From: Gammaproteobacteria bacterium
GTDB taxonomy: Bacteria; Pseudomonadota; Gammaproteobacteria; GCA-001735895
DNA length: 64,000 nt
Assembly: GCA_029862005.1 (NCBI GenBank)
Contig: JAOTYD010000006.1
Span: forward strand, 69,758-133,757
Reading direction: 5' to 3'
Shown here: in pieces, positions 57,441-64,000 of the stretch
How the letters are laid out: every line of letters starts with the position of its first letter
Position numbering within the stretch: position 1 is the stretch's first letter
Program-made: the position numbers and the translations under genes
Notes under the pieces: model-generated
Database searches by the model: none
What the model was told of the DNA's origin: nothing
What the model saw: the letters and a program-made list of their open reading frames with translations, nothing else

Positions 57441-59887
57441 CGATACTGCGACCTATCTTTGGAATTTTTCTAATCCTGTTGCTGGCCTACAGCCAGCTGC
57501 TGCAAGCCCAGGAAGAGGAACTGCTGCCGCCCGAGCAAGCCTTCGCGCTACAGGCGTGGGTCGATGGCGATGCATTGGTGGCGGAATATAAAATTGCGCC
57601 CGGATATTACATGTACCGCGAACGTTTCGATTTCCAGATCGAAGCGGGCGACGCGCCGGTGCGCTTTGGCACTGCACAAATTCCCAAAGGCAAGATCAAG
57701 GTCGATGAATTCTTCGGCGCAATGGAGACCTACCGCGACCGCGTATTAATAAAGCTACCGCTGGTCTACCAGGCCACTCCGGCGAGCCAATTACAGGTCA
57801 AGGCGGTAAGCCAGGGCTGCGCCGACATCGGGGTTTGTTACCCGCCACTTAAGCAGGTGCTTAAAGTCAACCTGGCGTCGACTGCACGCATTACCCCGAC
57901 TGCCTGGGTCGCAACTGACGTTGGCAACGAGACCGTCAGCGATGACGTTGCGGCCTTGCAAGCGCTACTGGGTGAAGTTACCGAAAACCTTGGAAACCAG
58001 CAACAATCGCAAAGCATCGATAGCGACACGGGTTCGGATGCGCTTGCCATTTTACAGGACCTCGGAGCGGACATCGGGCTCAGCGATGAGGACGAAATTC
58101 TGCACCCCGACCAGGCTTTTATCCTGTCGGCCCGGCTCGATGCCAACAATATCATTCAGTCGAATATCCTATTGGCCGAAAATATATACGTTTATCGGGA
58201 CAAAATTCGGATCGCGGTGGTCGAAGGACAGGGTCATTCGCTTGGGGCGATCTCGCTACCGCGCGGGAAACAGAAGTACGATGAATTCTTCGGCGATACC
58301 GAAGTCATCTACGACCAGATCAATGTATCGATCCCGGTCATTTCCGACGCGGGGGCCAGTGACAAATTTGCTTTGTCTTATACCTACCAGGGCTGTGTCG
58401 AAGACCGCATTTGTTATCCGCCGATAACCAAGTACCTGGCGGTGGATGCCAGTCAAGGATTGCTCGAAGTACGACATGAAATGGCTGCAGGCAGCTCCAC
58501 CAGCGAGCAGCCGCAGAGCGGCGACAATCAGCCGGCGCCGATATCGGAACAGGATCAGTTCGCGCAGCTGTTAAGTAGCGGCAGCTTGTTGTTGATCATC
58601 AGCCTTTTTTTCCTGGCCGGCATCGGCCTTACCTTTACCCCTTGCGTGTTTCCGATGATTCCAATTTTATCCAGCATCATCGCCGGCCAGGGATCATCGA
58701 TAACCACGGGTAAGGCCTTTTTCCTGTCGCTGGTTTACGTGTTGTCGATGGCTGTAACCTACGCCGCTGCGGGCGCGATCGTCGGTTATTATGGTGCCGA
58801 GTTCAACATACAAATCTGGTTCCAGGATCCGATAATCTTGAGCCTTTTCGCGGCGATTTTCGTCCTACTTGCGCTGTCGATGTTCGGCTTTTACGAACTG
58901 CAAATGCCGAATGCAATCCAGTCACGCCTGACCGCGATCAGCAACAGCCAACAGGGCGGCACCTTGATCGGCGTGGGCCTGATGGGATTTTTCTCAGCGA
59001 TAATCGTGGGCCCCTGCATTACCGCACCTCTGGTCGGTGCCCTCATTTTCATTTCTCAAACCCAGGACTGGCAGCTCGGCGGGCTTGCGTTATTTGCACT
59101 CGGACTCGGTATGGGTGTGCCGCTGCTCGTAGTCGGTACCTCGGCGGGCAAATTGATGCCTCGCGCCGGTGGCTGGATGGACACGGTCAAAGCGGTATTT
59201 GGGGTCGTCCTGCTAGGTGTCGCTATCTGGTTGCTCGAACGAATTCTGCCGGTGGGCATGACCATGCTATTGATCGCGGCGTTGTTAATCGCTTCTGCGA
59301 TTTACATGGGGGCGCTGGATTCGCTCGGCGAAGCCGCATCCGGCTGGCAACGCTTTTCCAAATCGCTGGGATTACTGGTGCTGATCTATGGGATTGCTTA
59401 TCTGATTGGCGCCGCTGCCGGTAACAACGACTTGATACAGCCGCTGCGCGGCATCGTCGCCTCGACTGGCGGCAGTGGCGCAAATGCCTCGGAGCATGTC
59501 GTTTTTCGCCAGATCAAGGGTAAGCAAGGCTTACAGGTTGCGTTGCAAAATGCGGCCCAACTCAAGCGCGGCACCGTGCTCGATTTTTATGCCGACTGGT
59601 GTATTTCGTGCAAGGAAATGGAAAAGTACACCTTTTCCGATCCCGAGGTTCGCCAGGCACTCGAATCGCTGTCGCTAGTGCAGGCGGATGTCACCGCCAA
59701 CGACAGGATCGATGTCGAACTAATGTCTTCGTTGGGTATTTATGGCCCACCCGCAATCCTGTTTTACGATGCCAACGGCGAGGAAATCAAGGGTCGAAGA
59801 ATAGTCGGGTTCATGTCGGCCCAGAAATTCAGCGCCCACATTAAAAATACCTATAGTCAGCAATACGTTCGATTGAATGAATACTAG
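57437..59887 (+). CDS. dsbD: thiol:disulfide interchange protein DsbD with tandem N-terminal domains
   Basis: QGCADIGVCYPP and QGCVEDRICYPP; TM motifs FTPCVFPMIPI and GPCITAPL; thioredoxin motif FYADWCISCKEME. Confidence 0.95.
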   Translation: MTILRPIFGIFLILLLAYSQLLQAQEEELLPPEQAFALQAWVDGDALVAEYKIAPGYYMYRERFDFQIEAGDAPVRFGTAQIPKGKIKVDEFFGAMETYRDRVLIKLPLVYQATPASQLQVKAVSQGCADIGVCYPPLKQVLKVNLASTARITPTAWVATDVGNETVSDDVAALQALLGEVTENLGNQQQSQSIDSDTGSDALAILQDLGADIGLSDEDEILHPDQAFILSARLDANNIIQSNILLAENIYVYRDKIRIAVVEGQGHSLGAISLPRGKQKYDEFFGDTEVIYDQINVSIPVISDAGASDKFALSYTYQGCVEDRICYPPITKYLAVDASQGLLEVRHEMAAGSSTSEQPQSGDNQPAPISEQDQFAQLLSSGSLLLIISLFFLAGIGLTFTPCVFPMIPILSSIIAGQGSSITTGKAFFLSLVYVLSMAVTYAAAGAIVGYYGAEFNIQIWFQDPIILSLFAAIFVLLALSMFGFYELQMPNAIQSRLTAISNSQQGGTLIGVGLMGFFSAIIVGPCITAPLVGALIFISQTQDWQLGGLALFALGLGMGVPLLVVGTSAGKLMPRAGGWMDTVKAVFGVVLLGVAIWLLERILPVGMTMLLIAALLIASAIYMGALDSLGEAASGWQRFSKSLGLLVLIYGIAYLIGAAAGNNDLIQPLRGIVASTGGSGANASEHVVFRQIKGKQGLQVALQNAAQLKRGTVLDFYADWCISCKEMEKYTFSDPEVRQALESLSLVQADVTANDRIDVELMSSLGIYGPPAILFYDANGEEIKGRRIVGFMSAQKFSAHIKNTYSQQYVRLNEY

Positions 59888-60410
59888 CAAGCTGCCCCTG
59901 CTTGCGATCGGGTTGGTCTCGATGCTGGCTGGTATGCTGCTGTTCAATCTGCTGCCGCCAGACCCGCCGCGACCTCCGATTGCGAGCGAGACGGCTATCG
60001 AACTGGATTCGATACCCCTGACCGACCTGGATGGGAAACAAACCCGGATCGCTGATTGGGAGGCAAATATTCTGATTGTCAATTTCTGGGCTCCCTGGTG
60101 CGCGCCCTGCCGACGCGAAGTGCCGACCCTGATAAAGTTTCACAGGGATTTCGCTGAACGGGGTGTTCGGGTAATGGGAATTGCCTACGATAGTGAATCC
60201 CAGGTAAGTCGGTTTGCCGATGAGTATCAAATTAATTACCCGCTGTTTCTCGCCGGAAATCGTACCGCGATGTATAACGCCGCATTCGGGAATCACAGCG
60301 GTAGCCTACCGTTTACCGCCCTGCTGGACCAAAATCATCGTATCGTGTTTCAGCACAATGGAGAACTCACCGCCAAACAATTGCACGAGCAACTCGAAGC
60401 ACTGTTATAA
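59877..60410 (+). CDS. TlpA-family membrane-anchored thioredoxin
   Basis: N-terminal TM, NFWAPWCAPCRREVP and LPFT. Confidence 0.9.
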   Translation: MNTSKLPLLAIGLVSMLAGMLLFNLLPPDPPRPPIASETAIELDSIPLTDLDGKQTRIADWEANILIVNFWAPWCAPCRREVPTLIKFHRDFAERGVRVMGIAYDSESQVSRFADEYQINYPLFLAGNRTAMYNAAFGNHSGSLPFTALLDQNHRIVFQHNGELTAKQLHEQLEALL

Positions 60411-60544
60411 ACATTCTACGGGCCCGAAAAGACTAAAACTGTCGTTAACTTCGTCAATCTGGCGGTTATCTCTCAAAAACTGGACTCTATCTGGTCGTTA
60501 TGTGAAAATCGCGCCACGCTAGTCCAAATCTGGAAACGTTCAAA

Positions 60545-60988
60545 ATGGCGAACATCCTGGTCATTCATGGCCCCAACCTGAACCTGCTCGGTACCCGTGA
60601 ACCCGAGGTTTACGGTACCGATACCCTTGCCTCGATAAACAAGCACCTCGCCCAGATGGCGGAACAAAACGAGGTAAGGCTCAGGACTTACCAGTCCAAT
60701 ACCGAGGGCAATATCATTAGCTGTATACAGCAGGCAGCTTCGAAGGATATTCAGTTCATCATCATTAATCCCGGCGCTTTCACACATACCAGTATCGCGA
60801 TTCGTGACGCGTTCCTGGCGACTCGAATCCCGTTCATCGAAGTCCACGTGTCCAATGTTTACGCGCGCGAAGATTTCAGAGCGCACTCCTACCTTTCTGA
60901 TATCGCCTTGGGCGTTATCAGTGGCTTCGGCAGAAACAGCTATCTGCTGGCATTCGAGGCCGCTATCATCCATTGCAATCAATCTTAA
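60545..60988 (+). CDS. aroQ: type II 3-dehydroquinate dehydratase
   Basis: Motifs [26 protein letters not shown] and EVHVSN...RE.FR. Confidence 0.97.
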   Translation: MANILVIHGPNLNLLGTREPEVYGTDTLASINKHLAQMAEQNEVRLRTYQSNTEGNIISCIQQAASKDIQFIIINPGAFTHTSIAIRDAFLATRIPFIEVHVSNVYAREDFRAHSYLSDIALGVISGFGRNSYLLAFEAAIIHCNQS

Positions 60989-61007
60989 TAAGTCGAGAAC
61001 CGCATTA

Positions 61008-61463
61008 ATGGATATTCGCAAAGTAAAAAAATTGATTGAACTCCTCGAGCAATCGGGCATAGCCGAGCTTGAAATCAAGGAAGGTGAGGAGTCGGTCAGA
61101 ATCAGCCGACAGTCGTCAACCAGTGTCCACAGTGCGGCATCGGTAGCCGCCCCGCCAGTATCGACCGCCCCGCCAGTTCCCGCTGCGGCACCCCCGACCT
61201 CGATACCGGAAGTTGCCGATAAAGTAGACGGGCACCAGGTCAAATCGCCAATGGTGGGCACCTTTTATATCGCCGCCTCCCCGACGTCGGGCCCGTTTGT
61301 GACACCAGGGCAGCAGGTGAACATCGGCGATACCCTGTGCATTATCGAAGCCATGAAAATGATGAACCAGATCGAAGCCGACAAGGCCGGCACGGTGCGC
61401 TCCATCATGGTTGAAAATGGCAGCCCGGTCGAGTTTGACCAGGTTTTGTTTATCATCGATTAA
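61008..61463 (+). CDS. accB: acetyl-CoA carboxylase biotin carboxyl carrier protein
   Basis: [21 protein letters not shown] and biotinylation motif EAMKMMN; start at ATG 61008. Confidence 0.97.
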   Translation: MDIRKVKKLIELLEQSGIAELEIKEGEESVRISRQSSTSVHSAASVAAPPVSTAPPVPAAAPPTSIPEVADKVDGHQVKSPMVGTFYIAASPTSGPFVTPGQQVNIGDTLCIIEAMKMMNQIEADKAGTVRSIMVENGSPVEFDQVLFIID

Positions 61464-61482
61464 ACCGGCGGGAATCCACTCG

Positions 61483-62826
61483 ATGCTGGAAAAAATTGTT
61501 ATCGCCAACCGCGGTGAAATCGCACTTCGGATCCTGCGCGCCTGTCGCGAAATGGATATCAAGACAGTCGCGGTTCATTCGACCGCCGATCGGGACCTGA
61601 AACACGTGCGGCTTGCCGACGAATCGGTGTGCATCGGACCGCCCTCCTCGCTGGAAAGCTATCTCAATATCCCGGCGTTGATCTGCGCTGCTGAATTGAC
61701 CAACGCCGATGGCATCCATCCTGGCTACGGTTTCCTGTCTGAAAACGCAGAATTCGCGGAGCAGGTCGAGTCGAGTGGTTTCAAATTCATCGGACCAAGC
61801 GCGGCAGCGATCCGCATCATGGGTGACAAGGTGGCCGCGATCAAGGCGATGAAGCAGGCCGGCGTGCCGACCGTGCCTGGCTCGGACGGGCCTCTCGGTG
61901 ACAGCGACAGCAAAAACCTGGAGATGGGCCGCAAGATCGGATACCCGGTCATTATCAAGGCCGCCGGTGGTGGCGGTGGACGCGGAATGCGGGTGGTGCA
62001 TGCCGAGGGCAGCCTGTTGAACTCGATCCAGTTAACCAAATCGGAGGCGGCAGCCGCTTTCGACAACGACACGGTCTACATGGAAAAATTCCTCGGTGCA
62101 CCGCGCCATATTGAAATACAGGTACTCGCGGATGCCCACGGTCACGCCATCCATTTGGCCGAACGCGATTGCTCGATGCAAAGGAGACACCAGAAAGTAG
62201 TCGAGGAAGCGCCGGCGCCGGGCATCACCGAGGAGCAACGCAATCGAATTGGCACGCGTTGCGCCGAGGCCTGCATCAAGATGGAATATGAAGGTGCCGG
62301 TACTTTCGAGTTCCTTTATGAAAATGGCGAGTTTTACTTTATCGAGATGAATACGCGCGTCCAGGTGGAACATCCGGTGACCGAAATGATTACCTGGGTG
62401 GATATTATCAAGGAACAGATCTCGATCGCCTCCGGTAATCCACTGCGCTTTAAGCAGGAGGATATTCACGTGCACGGACACGCCATCGAATGCCGCATAA
62501 ACGCCGAGGACTCGAAAACCTTTCTGCCCTCGCCCGGCAAGATCACGCTCTACCACGCACCCGGTGGGCCCGGCGTCCGCATGGACTCCCATATCTACAA
62601 CGGCTATACCGTGCCACCCTATTACGATTCGATGATCGGCAAGCTAATCACTTACGGCAGCACGCGCGAATCGGCGATAGCACGCATGAACGGCGCACTT
62701 TCTGAAATCGTGATCGAAGGCATCAAAACCAATCTCGAGCTGCAAAAGGACATCATCAGCGATGGAAACTTCGCCGCCGGTGGCACCGATATCCACTACC
62801 TCGAAAAGAAACTCGGGCTGGACTAG
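61483..62826 (+). CDS. accC: acetyl-CoA carboxylase biotin carboxylase
   Basis: Motifs [36 protein letters not shown] and [10 protein letters not shown]; start at ATG 61483. Confidence 0.98.
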   Translation: MLEKIVIANRGEIALRILRACREMDIKTVAVHSTADRDLKHVRLADESVCIGPPSSLESYLNIPALICAAELTNADGIHPGYGFLSENAEFAEQVESSGFKFIGPSAAAIRIMGDKVAAIKAMKQAGVPTVPGSDGPLGDSDSKNLEMGRKIGYPVIIKAAGGGGGRGMRVVHAEGSLLNSIQLTKSEAAAAFDNDTVYMEKFLGAPRHIEIQVLADAHGHAIHLAERDCSMQRRHQKVVEEAPAPGITEEQRNRIGTRCAEACIKMEYEGAGTFEFLYENGEFYFIEMNTRVQVEHPVTEMITWVDIIKEQISIASGNPLRFKQEDIHVHGHAIECRINAEDSKTFLPSPGKITLYHAPGGPGVRMDSHIYNGYTVPPYYDSMIGKLITYGSTRESAIARMNGALSEIVIEGIKTNLELQKDIISDGNFAAGGTDIHYLEKKLGLD

Positions 62827-62838
62827 CACTTTATAACG

Positions 62839-63738
62839 ATGACATGGTGGCAATTCAGCCTAAACTGTCAGGCGTCTGAACTCGAGCAGGTCGAAGCGTT
62901 GATGCAGGAGCTGGGCGCGCTCAGTATCTCGCTGCGTGATGCGGGTGACGAACCCATCTATGAACCGCTGCCGGACGATAATCCTGTCTGGCAGGAATCA
63001 GTCGTCACCGCGACCTTCGACGCTGGCCTGGACCCCGGGCAGTTAAAGCAGCAATTGACCCAGGGATTACCGCGTCACCTGGCAGTCGAAGTCCGGCAGG
63101 AAACGCTTGAAGAACAGGCCTGGGATCAGGCTTACAAGCAGCATTTCCAGCCGTTGCAGTACGCGCCCGATCTCTGGATCGTCCCGAGCTGGTCGGAGCC
63201 CCCGGTTCCCGACGCAACGGTCATCCGGCTCGATCCGGGCCTTGCCTTTGGCACCGGAAGCCATCCGACAACCGCACTGTGCCTGGCCTGGTTGGGTGCA
63301 AACAAAATTAAAGATCGCCACGTCATCGATTTTGGTTGTGGCTCCGGCATCCTGGCGATTGCAGCGATTAAACTTGGCGCCAAACAGGTTACCGCGGTCG
63401 ATATTGACGAACAGGCTCTGACCGCCTGTCAATCAAATATGGAAGTGAATGCCATCAGTGCAGAACAGATCAAGGTTTGTCGGCCCGAGAATTTGACGAC
63501 TGCCGGAACAGACCTGTTGGTCGCTAACATTCTGGCCAGCCCGCTGGTCGAGCTCGCACCCCGCTTTGCATCGTTGATCAGGCCCGATGGCCAAATATTG
63601 CTCTCGGGTATACTCAACACACAGCTGGAAGAGATACAATCGTCTTATCAACCCTTTTTCGATCTCGATCCAGCCAGTTACCGCGACGAATGGGTATGTG
63701 TCAGCGGTTACCGACTTTTACGGGAGAATAATGACTAG
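62839..63738 (+). CDS. prmA: ribosomal protein L11 methyltransferase
   Basis: Motifs LDPGLAFGTGSHPTT, DFGCGSGIL, ANILA and LSGIL. Confidence 0.96.
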   Translation: MTWWQFSLNCQASELEQVEALMQELGALSISLRDAGDEPIYEPLPDDNPVWQESVVTATFDAGLDPGQLKQQLTQGLPRHLAVEVRQETLEEQAWDQAYKQHFQPLQYAPDLWIVPSWSEPPVPDATVIRLDPGLAFGTGSHPTTALCLAWLGANKIKDRHVIDFGCGSGILAIAAIKLGAKQVTAVDIDEQALTACQSNMEVNAISAEQIKVCRPENLTTAGTDLLVANILASPLVELAPRFASLIRPDGQILLSGILNTQLEEIQSSYQPFFDLDPASYRDEWVCVSGYRLLRENND

Positions 63739-64000
63739 CAGCACCCATTTGGGCATCGTGATGGAAACCACCTGCACCGAGTGCGGGAGTCGTTTTCGCC
63801 TCACCGAAAACCAGCTGAAGCACGCTTACGGTAAGGTTCGCTGCGGGGAATGTGAGACCGTGTTCAATGCGCTAGTCAACCTCAGGAATTATGAAGGCGA
63901 GATCCCGCCGGGTTACCTGGACCAGTTTCAACGCGAGGATTTCACGTCGGGAAAGGCATCGCCGTTAACCGGCTCTGACGACGAATCGGATTTTGAGCAG
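63731..64000 (+). CDS. zinc-ribbon (MJ0042-type finger) protein, DUF3426-like, runs off the window end
   Basis: Manual translation MTSSTHLGIVMETTCTECGSRFRLTENQLKHAYGKVRCGECETVFNAL, with two CxxC motifs; typical gene after prmA. Confidence 0.85.
   Translation, partial: MTSSTHLGIVMETTCTECGSRFRLTENQLKHAYGKVRCGECETVFNALVNLRNYEGEIPPGYLDQFQREDFTSGKASPLTGSDDESDFEQ

Noticed and set aside
60473..61261. 262-aa minus-strand ORF and other long antisense ORFs (for example 12587-13252, 13836-14558, 38737-39432, 48845-49516)
   Set aside because: They are antisense shadows of well-supported genes and have no recognisable motifs.

Overview
64-kb window from a flagellated, probably marine or sediment gammaproteobacterium (inferred from gene content). 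The left part is mostly housekeeping: partial MscS, nagZ, ispF, a CtaA/COX15 heme A synthase, a DddP-like M24 metalloenzyme, a HutZ-like protein, the split flagellar cluster flgBCDEF / flgAMN, dapC-dapD-yffB-dapE-gluQ, a rhodanese, a complete ccmABCDEFGHI operon, and CDF and MFS transporters. The centre (about 26.1-50.9 kb) is a divergent 22-gene envelope locus of unknown function. Its left arm encodes a diheme beta-propeller lipoprotein resembling hydrazine synthase alpha, two outer-membrane (OM) barrels, TlpA, DUF4266, DUF3570 and an orphan TpsB. Its right arm encodes a monoheme protein, a diheme-LamG lipoprotein, a Tat-exported DUF1501-like protein, the flavin transferase ApbE, and an Agl-Glt-like motor/scaffold (three TPR proteins, GltF-like, MotA/TolQ, two ExbD/TolR, TonB-like), followed by a GNAT and a second TlpA. 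This looks like a proton-motive-force (PMF)-energised, heme/flavin/thiol trans-envelope machine and is the best candidate for an undescribed system. The right part holds a USP-like protein and a Lon-like protease, groESL with both CIRCE and sigma32 signals, fxsA, cutA, a dsbD with a duplicated N-domain, tlpA, aroQ-accB-accC-prmA and a partial zinc-ribbon gene. Smaller finds are an eroded hdrB-like fragment, a candidate sigmaE-type sRNA and twin FNR boxes. I saw no rRNA, tRNA, CRISPR array or mobile element. All family assignments come from motif recognition, not database searches.
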